From assembly GCA_964247055.1 (NCBI GenBank), contig OZ176056.1, positions 3,038,001 to 3,102,000 on the forward strand: DNA of 64,000 nucleotides, written 5' to 3'. This stretch comes from Paragordius varius (taxonomy: Eukaryota > Animalia > Nematomorpha). Below, one piece after another: positions 1 through 12,680 of the stretch (position 1 is the stretch's first letter; each line of letters begins with the position of its first letter). Position numbers and translations under genes: made by a program. The notes below the pieces were generated by a model that saw nothing but the letters and a program-made list of their open reading frames with translations, was not told the DNA's origin and did no database searches.

Positions 1-515
1 TAATTACTTAATATTTTGCAAAAATAAATCAAAAATTTGAATGCTAAATGAAATTATTAACAATGCTGCTCTAATATAATCAAAAATTCAGTAAGAAAGC
101 TTAGAAACAAAACAAAAATCCAATTTTTTATAAAAGAAGTTTTCTTAATTTGTTTTTAATCCTCTGCAGGGATTATAAGCTAAACTCAATTCACATTCCT
201 GCAAGTTATATGACAAAAAATTAAACAAAATTATAGTTTTGTCTATAACAAAATACTTTTAAGTGTTATTTTATGGAATAATTTATATATAAATTTTAAA
301 CCTCAGGAAGTTTTGCCCTTTCAACAGGAGCGTGGTCATCGAAAATGTCGCAACATTGTTGTAGCAAATCAATGTATTTGTGGACAAAAAAACTTTTTTT
401 ATATTCCCGAGTATCATTGGTACTTTTATTGCTTAACATATCCTCATTTTTGCCATCTTTATGCATTAACCATGCAAGGGTGTTTGGAAAATTTTGTTCA
501 ACATCCGCAAAATTA

Positions 516-519
<4 letters not shown>

Positions 520-546
<27 letters not shown>
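520..546. repeat. (TA)n microsatellite
   Basis: Uninterrupted TA run. It accounts for the YIYIYI stretches in the spurious ORFs 313..591 and 345..554. Confidence 0.95.
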
Positions 547-1341
547 CAAAGTAAAAAATATTTCATTCAGTTAATAATTATCCCATTATGATGATAAATA
601 TTTTTATTAAAAAATCTTGATTTGATCTAAGTTAAATGGAGGAACCAGAAATATTCGAAAAACGGGCAAAATAAAACCTTTAAAATAATTGACAAAAAAA
701 ATATTAAGTTAGTAATCAGAGTAAATTCAGAGAAATTTATTTAATTTTTTTGTCAACATCAATCACAAAAAACTTAGTAATATGTCTATTGTACTGATCA
801 AATGTGATTTCAATTTAAATATATGATATCCAAAATATTTCACATATATTTGTAAAAACAATATTCATTTTGATAGATGGAAACAAAATTAAAACATATT
901 TTATTTAAACTAATTAAAAATTTGGTACCATTTATTTAAGTTTTAAACCAGATTTTTTCAATTTTTTGTGGTGTATATTAACATTATATATACATTTTTA
1001 TTATGTTCTTCAAAATTTTCTGAATTTTACACAAAAAATACGCGCAATGCATGTCCAATTTATGAAATTATTAATTATAAAAAATAATTTCATGTTAGTA
1101 TATGTTTAATAAAAAATCTACATGTTAAAAAAATATATACCTCAAAATATAATTGGCTTATGGCGATTATGCATTCTTTCTTATCTTAAATAACGGTTTA
1201 ATTTAGCATGAAAATTAATAAAATCTCCCAAAATTTAGTCCTCATAATATATCAAAATTATTATCTTATTCATTATTTCGCCCGATTATCCGTAAAATTA
1301 ATATTATAAATTGATTCATTTTTCGAAATACCATTAATATA

Positions 1342-1610
1342 CCAGTTACAATTCAAATTCACCCCCGAACAATTCAATTTCACCCTCGAACGATTCAAAT
1401 TTCCTCTAAAAATATATTATGTTTATCAATAATATGAAACATATTTTTACGACATAGGTTATTATTTTTTCAGCATTTTTTATTAATTTTGAACAGAATT
1501 TCATATATTAAAAATATCATAAAAAATAAGTAATCGTTAATCTTAAAAAACACATAATTTATTTTAAGGTGAATTTAAATTGTTTGAGGGTCAATTTGAA
1601 CTGTAAATGG
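1342..1610. mobile_element. ~270 bp TA-flanked MITE (CCA..TTCACCC..AACAATT termini)
   Basis: ~33-bp imperfect TIRs (CCAGTTACAATTCAAATTCACCCCCGAACAATT vs reverse complement of AATTGTTTGAGGGTCAATTTGAACTGTAAATGG) flanked by TA. Related copies lie at 46799-47073 and 57510-57828. Confidence 0.55.
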
Positions 1611-3068
1611 TATATATACAAAAACATACAAAACATATAGAATATAACCCTTTTTTACTGAAATAATTGATCGTTCTGCAATTAAGATTTGTATGTAAAT
1701 AGTTCACACAATCAATTATATATATTCAAACTTGTAATAATATAATTTATCTCAAAAAAATCATGGTTTAGGTTGGTTTGTAATTTTCAAAAAAAAATCA
1801 TTTGTCTTAAATTCAATTTTAACCCCGTAGTTATAAATACCTTTAAACTTATCATATAATTGGTTGGGCTCAACACCAAATCGTACAGCTAAACTGTGTT
1901 TTTCTTTATTCTCTAACCATTCTAAAATTTGTAATGCCTTCTCCCAATGTTAAATACCAAGCAGTCACGGGCAACAATCAGAAATATGTCCTTTAAGTTG
2001 CTAAAAAACAAATAAAATTAATAAATTTAGTTTTTTTTTATAAAATAATTTGCAATAAGTATAAAAAAAAAATAGAATCAAACATGTGTTGTTTAAATAG
2101 TAAAATACCAGCCAGCTTTTAAAATCTAATATTAAAATTCAAAAGTCTCGTAACATATTGAATAGACTGAAAAACTGATAAGCTCTCATTCATAAAATTC
2201 ATTTCTAAATTAAATTTTATATACATTAGGATTTAAAATGGCGTTCTGAAACAAAATCAAAATGTCCATTTAGGTTTAAAAGTGATTCCCTATATATCAA
2301 TTTCGTGCAAAATTCGGATTGTTTTAATTTAAATACTCTCTAATAAAAAATCTTTTGCACTTAGGGTACTTGGAAATATATATATTGTTATAACGAAAAC
2401 TCGAAATTTTACTTAAAATAAAATCTTTTAACTAAATAGATTATACAATTTTTTTTATTTTTCCATAAACAGGTTGAGTAAAAAATAAATTTCTAAGATG
2501 TACATAACTAAAATTTTAGAAAATAACCCTTAAAATTCACAATTATTGATGATTATAATCAAAATTTATATTTTAGGATGGCAAAAAGCGGTGAATTTTT
2601 TTAATCTAAAAAACAAAATTTCGACCCTCATATATTATCAATTAAATTTTTTACCCAAATTAATTTTTTACATGGCTATATCCATAAAAGGTATAGTATA
2701 TTGAATTGTTTTAAAGCGTTTGTTTATAAATTATTAATGAATATAAATATATGTGTGAGTTTTAAAGGGATTTACGTAAATTGATTACAGAGATCTCAAA
2801 ATTTAAAGATTAAATTCTCAAAAATAAAAAAATATTACAAACATTTTCATATAAATATATGATGTAATTCAGTGAAATAGTATGTTTTTCAAAACATTAT
2901 ATGTTAGTCATTTATTTCTTGTTTGTGAGTTTTATGATATATAGTTCAAGGCAAGGGTTCTTCTTCATTAAAAAACACCTTTGTAATAAAATTTAAGATC
3001 TTTGTTTTTTATAAAACTGAATATAAAAAAGAAAAACATTAATATTTAACACCTCATGGATAAAATAA

Positions 3069-3767
3069 CTAACAGTTTCGTGACAAAATGAGATAAACTG
3101 CCAGATAAAATATAAATATATTCAGGGTAAAAATGAAATCTTAGGATATATTACTTTACAATACGCAATAAATTTTGTTGTAAGTCCTCTAATTTTATAT
3201 TACATTCATCCGACCCGATCAAGGATTCGAGAACGTTTTTGATCTTATCGTTTACCTTGTAAAATATATCTAAAAATAATATAAATGGATTTAAACTTTT
3301 TCGACCATAACTGCTAATTATTTCTATAGATTTAGATAAAAAATTGCAGTATTCTAGAACATTCACAAATATGGCTTTTTCTTTGGGCGTAATAGATAAT
3401 GTATCATTGGCTAAGGATTTAGATACTACCGGATTCAAATCAATTTGACAATAACACCCATCATTTAAGTATTGGGATAAAATAGAATCTTCCCTAATCA
3501 ATGTAATTAGATTCTATAAAAGATTAAACATTAAAATGACTGTGGTGAGATTTTGAAGATATTGTGACACAATATCATGGGTATAGATATCGCAATTATT
3601 GATTTTAAAGTTTTGATTCAATATTCTAGAATAACATAATATAAATAATACATATTAAGCAATTCCTCATTTTCATTGAATATAAATTGATGAAGCAATG
3701 TGCGCTTTTCATCATTAAGGTATAACTTCAAATCAAAAATATTATTTCGCCACTCTTTATTTGTCAT
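3069..3767 (-). CDS. Orphan ~206-aa protein with a single C-terminal hydrophobic helix (tail-anchored); 4 exons
   Basis: Exons 3767-3652, 3625-3541, 3513-3165 and 3139-3069 are joined by GT-AG introns of 26, 27 and 25 nt. They give one open frame (621 nt) from MTNKEWRNNIFDLK to LLHFIFTLNIFIFYLAVYLILSRNC*. Exon 3 corresponds to ORF 3151..3501. No family recognised. The start codon and last intron are inferred. Confidence 0.7.
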
Positions 3768-5971
3768 TCACTAAATCAGCCTTGGCCATTGATGTTTGCC
3801 CTCGGAGACACTTACAGATAAATAATTTTAAAATAAAAACCCGTTTATTATAATTGATGAATATACATCCAACATATAAAAAAAGGGTAACATGTTATAT
3901 TTTCAAGGTTATATCGAAAGACACTTGCACTATTATGGTATTTTCATATAATGGTTTCATAAAGTCGTAAAATTTTTACTGTAATGCATATTACAAGCTA
4001 GTGGCGATGTAAGTTAGGTATTAAATGCATTAATATTATGTCCAATAAAATATCCCTAGACCTTGAAGATTTTAGCAGTTGGTTATAATACCATGAAAGT
4101 TTAGAAGAATTTTTTTCCATTTTTCTTGAAACATTTGTTCCTAGTTATGTCGCTTTCCAAATTTAAAAAAAATATTCTTTTCTAATTTTTTTGACTATGT
4201 GTCAGGCTATTTATCATAAAAATATATTTTTCTTGAATTTATTTATTACTATTTTTCATAAAACCTCCTTCAAAAAGCTTTATATTAATCTTGGTAAATA
4301 ATTATTCTCATTTTCTCATATAAAATAATTTAAAAATAAAGAGTGAGAGTTTGCTGAACACTTGATCACAGACCTAAAACGCTTAATTTTGTCGACAGTG
4401 TTGACCATTCACATATAAAACGCGATTAACTCTTGTTCATTTCTTAAATTAGAGGGGAGATAGCACTTTCCGTCAACAATTGGTATTTTAAACAATTGAC
4501 TAGTCCTGGCTTAAGGAAAAATTTTAGTTGAATTTCGTCACAATCGGTTGTCCAATATAAACTTTAAGATCTTCCAACTCCAGTTGGTTTAAATTTCTTT
4601 ATGGTCAATATCTAAATTTTTTCACCGACAATGTTTAATTGTTGTCTGATGAGTACCCACAAAGGAAGAACGCGGTTCAAACAAATTTCAATACCTCATG
4701 GTCTCTTATGTTAACTATTTAATAATATATTTGATAACCAACTGTTATTTAGGCCAACTCTACTCTTATTGATTTCTAAATTATAAGGGAACGGTGACTT
4801 CTGCTATAACATCTTTTTACTTATTCTAAGATGTTACGAGTTTGTAAACGAAGATTTGCTAGTATTACCGAAAGCCTCATTAGATCAAAATATGTGTGTT
4901 TGATTTAATTGTTGTTTGGATAATATTACCTATATTTTTGGTGGAATTTGTAAAAAAATGCGTCCCCTACGATTTCATTCATAAAATGAGACTTGTTGAC
5001 TAAATACAGCTAAACATTTTCGTAGTTTATACATTTTATGGTATGGTTGTTTTCATAGCAAGTAAGTTATACTAATTATAATGGAGACTACAACCGGAAA
5101 GTTGGATGATCCATATTATAGTACATATTTGATAAAAAAACTAATTATATGGAAATTGGTCATCTACATATTTAAAATAAAATGTAACACCTTAGCTTCG
5201 GATTATATTTAAAATTTTTAAAGCGTCCCGTTGTTTTATCTCCTTAAAGTGGACATGTTATTTTAGAAGAACCTTTGTGTTTATCTACCACATGGTCGCT
5301 GTTAACCAAAGAAGCTACGGCGCTCAAGTATTTTAGTTGTAGGAATTTTTTATATCCATTGAACTTTAAGAGTGTCCTTTAACACTTCAAGTTTTAAATT
5401 TTTGAGCTTTAATTCAACCTTATTTTATTATTTTTTAACCTAATTTTTTTTATTTTATAATTCATTTTAAAATAAAATTATATATTCAAAAACCACTTTT
5501 TTGTTTAGATATGATTTTTTCCAATTCAGCAATTTAAATGACTTATTAATTTAACGAAAAATTGTGATTAATAATTCAAAAAACTTATAATTTTACTAAT
5601 AAAATTTAATAAAATTAAGATATTTTATAATATAATAAAGCTATACGGTTTCTCAATGATTAAAAAGTTGATATTGATTCAGAAGTTTGGTTAAATGAAG
5701 AGAATAGGTTAAAAATAATAAAATATATAAATGATATACGGTTTGATTGATTTCAGTTAAAAAAAATTGAAAAGTATTAAATTGATATGTTTAAGGACCA
5801 ACTTGAAGTGTTCGTGAACACTCTTGAAGTGCAAATGGTATAAATGCGGCTGAATCCTATATTCTAATCATTTACTTCAATTAAGTTATTGAAGTGTGGT
5901 GTCGGCATCTGTGGTAATTAAAATGTTTATTAAAACCGGTACTAATTAAAAAAGGTATAATAAAATTTTAG

Positions 5972-6319
5972 AGTGATGGGGAGAAGAAATGCGGTTTCGT
6001 TCCTTGTCCTATAACTCGCTTGTATATAGAACTCTTGATATGTTTATCTCAAAACAACATAAAATATATCCAACTAAAATTAATGGATCATGCTGTTTAT
6101 AGTTTAGTAAACGAAATAAATCTAACCGAACGAGGGTTAAATTATAAAAATATTTTCCATGTATTGTTATCAGGACATGTAATTAATGTATTTAACAAGA
6201 TTTTGGTATCTAATTTAATAAATGATACATTAATTATTTTAAGGCCTATTGATTTTTTAAAGTTCATTATTTTTATTTACAATTGCGGTTATCGATTAAC
6301 ACATTTAAAGCAAATATGA
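5972..6319 (+). CDS. Possible coding exon of unknown gene (SDGEKKCGFVPCPITRLYIELL...LKQI*)
   Basis: The 115-codon frame opens immediately after an AT-rich AAAATTTTAG acceptor (5962-5971), extending ORF 6020..6319 upstream. No clean upstream exon could be joined and no homology was recognised. Confidence 0.3.
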   Translation, partial: SDGEKKCGFVPCPITRLYIELLICLSQNNIKYIQLKLMDHAVYSLVNEINLTERGLNYKNIFHVLLSGHVINVFNKILVSNLINDTLIILRPIDFLKFIIFIYNCGYRLTHLKQI

Positions 6320-7589
6320 CAATCCAATATTTTATAAAACCATGTATTGATATTCACAAATAGACATGAAAAGACAAACACAAAGTTATTTTTAGAAAAT
6401 TTATTAATTATTAATTACATTAAAATAGAGTTTCATTTACGATAGATATATTTTATTATTGATTAGCAATTCATGTATAAATTGAATCTAATTTTAATTT
6501 ATTAATATTATCTTTATCTCAAATATTTAGACCGCCGTTTTTTTTCTTTAAATTAAATCCTAACTGGCAAATACATTTATTATTGCAGTATTTTATTAAG
6601 CCAGATCTGAATATCTCTGTATGTCAAAACCCTAAAAAAACCCAAAAAAGGCAGGATTGCGATAGAAATTATAAATTCTTTGAAGGGTGTAGGGAAACAA
6701 GAACATTTAAAAAGAAAATTCAACACAAATTAATGAGGTTAAAATTTTCTTTATTTATTCTCGTTGCCTACATAATTATTAAGCTTCCTTAGATTTTTAT
6801 TTTTTTCGTACGCGATGACATCTTGGGGTAGTTTTATACCCAAGAGTTTAAAGTATTAAACAAACTACTGTTTTTGAATTGTTTTGGTTAGAATTAAATT
6901 ATCAAACCCTTTTCTACGGTATTAGACAAAAATGCCCAAAATTCTTACAGTTTCTAACTTCTAGAGTCCTAAATTCAGATAACTTCAAAACACGAGTTAA
7001 ACAAACAATTGATAAAATTAATAAATCTCAATTCGTTGGTAATTTTTAAATTGTAAAATAAAGCTTCAAAGTTAATTATAAATTTCTCCACCATAATATA
7101 CGATTTACCTGTTTGAATACGATTTAAAAAAGGCCAGGAAATAGTTTGAAAGGTTTTTTTATTTTACGCTATTTTTCCGAATCAATGTATCATGCGCCTA
7201 AAGTCAAAAGAAAGCATTTTGAATTTGGCCCCAATGCTAAATATTTTTTGGAATATTTAAATTATTAATGGCCCTGGGTAAAACTAGCCCAAAGGGTTTT
7301 AATATAAATAAATTTTTTACCACCTTAAAATAATTTAAACCATAGGTTTAGAATTTAAGATTACATTTTAAAATTATTTTTCAAAAGTTATCCTTAGCGG
7401 GCAGAAACTATGGTTACCATGCTGTATACACTAATGAATGGTTTTTGAATATTAATAGTTGTGATTCCATGTGAAAAAATGTGGGCGCTCTTGTAGGCCA
7501 TACAACTGCGAATAGGCTAAGTGAAAAAGTTATTGAATATCACAAAAAACAATAAATATATATCTAACAAACATTTATAATTATGTACA

Positions 7590-8215
7590 CTCAATTTAAG
7601 CGAACGTCAAATTTAAAATCACAAAGTGACTTGTGTGTTCTGCTTCTACGGCAAGAACTATAATCATTTTTGAATCTAAATGGGGCGGGGGTTTGTTAAT
7701 CCTATGCGAGAAAAAATCCAAGCTTTCACTTTTCCTAGCCGTTTCATCCACAATACTAAATTTTTCTAAAAAAACATGTTTGTGTTATGGGGCCAGAGCT
7801 GTATTGTGTTTTATAAACTTTCAAAATCCCATGAAATTGTTAATGCACAACACTATCGATCGCTAACAAATACCTAATTAAAACCATGCATCAATCATGA
7901 AACAACAGGAATCCAGAAAACTAGCTGCTAATCGATTTTGCTACATGGCCATGCTTCGTCTCACAAGAACCAGTAAAAGACACTTTAAAATCGATTTAAT
8001 TTAGAGAACTCCCCTTGGCGTCATCTGATTAATAGAACTAAACTACGTGTATGGGACACATTTTCGTAGAACAGCACTTGAATTATAGTAAAGACCTTGG
8101 AAAATGGCTTGATAAGTGGTTTGCCGCAAGAGTCAATTTATTTTTCTAGTCCGGCATCCTTATATTATCCAAGAGATTAGCGTAATGTGTAGAAGCCGAT
8201 GTAGAATATTTTAGT
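7590..8215 (+). mobile_element. Decayed mariner (Tc1/mariner) transposase remnant
   Basis: Broken frames read MFVLWGQSCIVFYKLSKSHEIVNAQHYR, ILLHGHASSH, PVKDTLKSI and EQHLNYSKDLGKWLDKWFAA. These align by eye with the mariner catalytic domain (MLCIWWDQKGVVYYELL..., ILQHDNARPH, QHF.SYEEV..W.D.W.A). Many stops and frameshifts. Confidence 0.8.
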
Positions 8216-8395
8216 TCAAATAAATAATTGTGATTGCCTATCAAAATTACATGTGCTTTTACCAAAAAACCTATAAAAATTATAAACTCATCTGTATAAT
8301 TGATGGTAAAATTTTTGGAATGAAATTGATCATTGACTTTTCATTATAAGATGTTATGATAATTATTTTATCCATTTTTGTTGGTTATAAAATTA

Positions 8396-9550
8396 CACTA
8401 GACAACAAATTTTTTGCCACTCATGTTTTTACATTTTTTGATATTTACTATCATTTTTACCGCAAATCTGTATTATAAAATATATTAAAAAATTTTATAC
8501 TTAATTTTTTATGATTATGCGTCCTTCACAATATTTTACGAAAAAATGTTTTTCTTTGAAAAATACACCAAATACCCAATTTAATTCGAAAGAGTAATAA
8601 ATTAATGAAATGCATACTGTACATCGATAGTTATTATACGACATAGGAAGCGACCAACCCACGAAGCGAGAGTTCTCAATTAATATATTTTCAGAACTAA
8701 TGGATGTTAATAGCTCAAACCTTCTGTAAATGGTAATGACACGATAAAGTTTTTTGGAATACAACACTTATTTATTTTATTCGAAACAGCCATTTTTATT
8801 GCTTTTTGAAAATCACCATCTCATCAATATTAATTATTTTTGTTCGAAGGCTTATAATTTTAAAATCTCAAAGACTAGAAATAAAGTTAAGGGTGTATTT
8901 GAAATTTTAAAACAATGTAATTAATTTAGAGTTATAACTATGCATTTTGGAATCCACTATGTAAAATAACATTGATAATAATGAATTACCAAAAGCTTAT
9001 TCAATGTTTTCAATTTTATACTAATTTAACAATTATATTAAATAAATATATGGTTTTGTAATTCCTTTGTCTGTGAATTTGACTTGATAACTTTTGCAAT
9101 AGACAGCGGCGTAGCTGGGGGAGAGGAGAGGTGCCGGATTTTAATAATTTTTAGTTTTTTTATCAAAAAATAAATATTACAAGTTAATTCAAAAAAATCA
9201 TTTATGAATAATCATAAAACCACGGTTAAATTTGATTATTTTTTAAAATGCAAAGCGTTACATGGAAGGGAAGAAGGGGGCGCCAGAAATGAGAGCTAGA
9301 TCTCTGGCATCAGATAAATTTAAATGACAAACTACCATTCTAATTCAGTCTTTTGCGCTCTTTTGAAGTAAAATACATGGCTATTTATCTAAAATTTTAA
9401 ATTTTGAAGAGACTAATTTAATGTTAAATTGGGGCCATCGAAAAACCCTGAAAATTCTAATAATTTAAGATATAAAATTTATGTACTTAAAAAAATTAAA
9501 ATTAACGAAAATGGATGGCACTTAAAAAAGTAAAAATCTGCTGTCTAATG
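8396..9550 (+). mobile_element. Chapaev3/CMC-like non-autonomous DNA transposon, older diverged copy
   Basis: Starts TTA|CACTAGACAACAAATTT and ends in a degenerate TIR AATCTGCTGTCTAATG|TTA. It is colinear with the copies at 59904-61006 and 49273-50358 and carries a small insertion at 9104-9306. Confidence 0.7.
9104..9306. mobile_element. Small hAT-type MITE nested in the Chapaev3-like copy
   Basis: Left end CAGCGGCGTAGCTG, degenerate right end GAGCTAGATCTCTG. The 8-bp flanks GCAATAGA / GCATCAGA match 6/8. Host element homology resumes after it. Confidence 0.45.
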
Positions 9551-9987
9551 TTATTTATAGAAACACGGATTATATTTTTTTTATGTTTTCTCCTACCCAA
9601 AATCGAGTATCGGAATTAATTAAGATTTTTAATCCGATTTGGGTTGTTATCTTTTTTTGTAGCATATCCTTGTATATGTAACACCAAAGGGATACTTTAA
9701 GATTATTATTTACAAAACATTGCTTTAGTAGTACAAATAATAATCTAACTAATGGAAAAAAAATAATTTTTGAAAAAAATACTATTTACCTTTTAAACAA
9801 AATAATTTGCAGATTAATTTTGTCTTAACGATAGATTAGTTTAATTATTGACCTATTTTCGATAATTATTTATTAACGCCAAAATGATGGTTATATTTGC
9901 TAATTGCTTATTTTACATTTTTAAATAAATATTTTACGCACTTTTTTTTATTATATTTTTTTCCCACTTCTAATTATTTGTTTCATT

Positions 9988-11154
9988 ATGAGATTACCTA
10001 ATTTTGTTCAAATGTTGCTAATTATGAAATGGGTTTATTGGATTTGTGTATCTATAAATGCACTCAAGTTGGGGTGCGCCCTAGCCTTCTACATGGGGAA
10101 AAAATGGTTTAAACAAAAACAACCCATCAAAAGAAAAATCCGCCGTCATTTTCGTATGTCAAATCAGGAATCACCATGTTTACTTATAAGTAGGATATAC
10201 TCCATAGCCTTAACCTGCGCAATTTTGATAATTTTGTTGCAAGATTTTGGAAAACATGCTAGAAATTTTTCATACCTTAAATATCTTTCAAATCAAATAT
10301 TTATAGCTACACAAAATTATGCCCTAATACTAATGATATATTACAGGGCTGTAAGGCTGGTTTTTAATCAAACTTGTCAAGCTTATTGGAAATGGGTTAA
10401 ATACATAATTCTAGGACTTTATACTTTGAATGTAACATTTTATGTTATTACTTATATCCTGTCTTTGTTTTATCCGTCATTTTTCAAAAGTGCATTTTTC
10501 ACAAACACATTCATATATTACAGTACTATCATTGTTAAAGCTTTACCAATGACTCTTTTGTCCATTGCTTTTTGTGCCTTTCTCATCATTTTGTGTGAAA
10601 ATATTAAAATGCTGACAAAATTTATGCATATTTGTCATAGTCCTTTAGGGGGAACTAGGGTCCATTCTACAGAAATGATCGACAGAATCTGTATTATCCC
10701 TACTCAAAGAAGGAGATATGAGGATATAAGCAATTTTCAACCTCCAAACAAGAATAGGCAGCCAGGAGTCAAACCAATTCTAAAAATTAATCCACCGGTC
10801 GAAAGATATATCGGGCAAAACGAGCCAAATAGAGTAAGAACGTTAGAAAGCACACGGTATCGAAAAATAACCCGTAGAAAAGGTCTCAAAGTATTTTTGA
10901 TTCATGAAACAAAAAGAAAACTCTACCTGACCACAGCACTTAACATAATTATTAATATAGGCATCGTGCTACGCTTATCTTGCATTATTGGTGAGAAAAC
11001 AAAGGCTAATTCTTTACAAATGATTGAAATGTGTAGTTATGTTCATTACTCTGTTATCTTACTTATAAATCTCATACTTTTATTCTTAGAACCAGTTCTA
11101 ACATTTATGATTAATTTCCTATTTACTATTGTATGCAATAAATTTGGTATTTAA
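9988..11154 (+). CDS. Intronless divergent seven-transmembrane (rhodopsin-like GPCR-type) protein, 388 aa
   Basis: The longest ORF in the window, with ATG start and TAA stop. It has seven hydrophobic segments (approx. aa 9-35, 65-85, 103-120, 139-162, 175-203, 312-333, 348-375). MIYYRAVRL sits at the TM3 DRY position, a ~100-aa basic third intracellular loop follows TM5, and LEPVL sits at the TM7 NPxxY position. Confidence 0.75.
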   Translation: MRLPNFVQMLLIMKWVYWICVSINALKLGCALAFYMGKKWFKQKQPIKRKIRRHFRMSNQESPCLLISRIYSIALTCAILIILLQDFGKHARNFSYLKYLSNQIFIATQNYALILMIYYRAVRLVFNQTCQAYWKWVKYIILGLYTLNVTFYVITYILSLFYPSFFKSAFFTNTFIYYSTIIVKALPMTLLSIAFCAFLIILCENIKMLTKFMHICHSPLGGTRVHSTEMIDRICIIPTQRRRYEDISNFQPPNKNRQPGVKPILKINPPVERYIGQNEPNRVRTLESTRYRKITRRKGLKVFLIHETKRKLYLTTALNIIINIGIVLRLSCIIGEKTKANSLQMIEMCSYVHYSVILLINLILLFLEPVLTFMINFLFTIVCNKFGI

Positions 11155-12137
11155 CAAAAATTAAATAATTGCATATACGGCTTTTACGGTTTAACACATT
11201 CAATTTTTTAGTTAGCATAATTGATAAGCTTTTAGAGTCCAGGAAAAGGTACAACCACTACACCAAAGAAATAACTGCCAAAAACCACATGGCGCCAAAC
11301 AGCAGATTGTTATTTTGGGAAGATTTAAAACATGAAGCGCTTAAAATTTATTTATTGAGCGCGTAAAGAAAGCTTCAACAATTTAGATAATAATTTGAGT
11401 TAAAGTGTTAAATATCGCGAATTCTGTCGAAATTTAGAAATTTAAATCAAAATATTATGGTATAAATTTATTTATTTAAAGCATAATTTTCATAAATATC
11501 GTTAAGGATTAGCCCCTGGTAAATTATAATTTTTGGATTCATATTAAAACATTTGTAAACGAGGGATAGGTGTTTAGTTATAATTAAACAAGATTATTCA
11601 GGTATGGTGAGTATCTAAACCAAGACCTCTCGACCTCAATCCTTCTTTCTTACCGACACATCGAAAAAACCAATGCATTAAACCATAATTTTTTGCTTCA
11701 AAGAGATTGTATTTTGAAATATTTGAGATTCACGAATGATCCTTTCTATGCGAAGTTGATCTGATATTATGGGAATATCATTGTTAGAAAATTTTAAATG
11801 GGCAACATAATTTACCTCTATAATAATAGCGGCTAAAATTACTGATTAGTAGTCCCCCCGGTACGCCACTGGGCCTCGCGGCCTAATATCAATCCCACTT
11901 TTACCGTGAAGCATCCATATATTTTTTCAATAAAAATTACTTACAATAATTCTATTTATTTCTATAGAAATATATAATCTTTATAAACATTAAACTAGAA
12001 GTAAACTTCTTTGCTTAATTATCTCTGCTCATATAACTGGTCATCACTAAATGATGATATATTGAGACGGGCATATTTTGATGAAACATCTTGGGAGTTG
12101 ATGCCGTTGTTTGAGATCAAAAAAATTTGATATAGCC

Positions 12138-12680
12138 GGTCTTCATACCAATACTCTTGACAATCTTAATTTATTGGTGTGAGATGGAACTTACTTAATT
12201 AATGACGTGATCAGTGTGCTAGCATCTTTTTAAGGTGATTAAACTTAGCAGGGTGTGCACTGTAATTTGAGTATGCTTGGTTGAAGAGACGACTTAATAC
12301 CGATACCTATAAACCGCCAAATTTTCTCGGTAAAAGGAGCATAAGTAAGAAAATGATTGATGATGATTGATTTGTTAACTGTTAATGAGATGGTGGAAGT
12401 TATTAAGGATGCACTGTATTATGAATGTCCTTATCTGTTAAGGTGTAGAGAGCTCGACTTAATACCGATACTCATAAACCGTCAAATTTTCTTGGTATAA
12501 TGAGCATAAGTGAGAGACCAATTGATGATGATATCGATTTGTTCGCTGTTAATAGGATTGTTTTTGCAGGTTATGGAATGTATTTGAATATCATTATCTG
12601 TTTAGTAGAAGAAGCTCGACTTACTACGATACTCCATCCGCCAATGTTTCTCAGTATAAGAAGCAAAATTTAATGATTAC
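12138..12680 (+). repeat. Degenerate ~160-165 bp tandem repeat (3-4 units), possibly a decayed repeat-protein exon
   Basis: The anchor CGACTTA(A/C)TAC recurs at 12290, 12455 and 12617 (spacings 165 and 162, both multiples of 3), with a weaker unit at 12138. Confidence 0.7.

Noticed and set aside
313-591. ORFs containing YIYIYI (also 29973..30263 and 34204..34413)
   Set aside because: They are artefacts of TA microsatellites keeping frames open.
4330-5390. GC-richer tract with short minus-strand frames (e.g. KITCPL*GDKTTGR) suggesting a retroelement remnant
   Set aside because: No diagnostic RT, endonuclease or integrase motif could be recognised, so it is left unannotated.
11169-11366. 65-aa ORF immediately downstream of the 7TM gene
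   Set aside because: It has a TTG start and no recognisable features, and most likely lies in the 3' UTR.
9104-11871. CAGCGGCGTAGCTGGGGGA (9104) and TCCCCCCGGTACGCCACTG (11853-11871) look like TIRs of one hAT element capturing the 7TM gene
   Set aside because: The flanks do not match as a TSD (GCAATAGA vs GGCCTCGC). The left end pairs better with a nearby degenerate end at 9306 (6/8 TSD match), and the host Chapaev3-like sequence resumes right after it.
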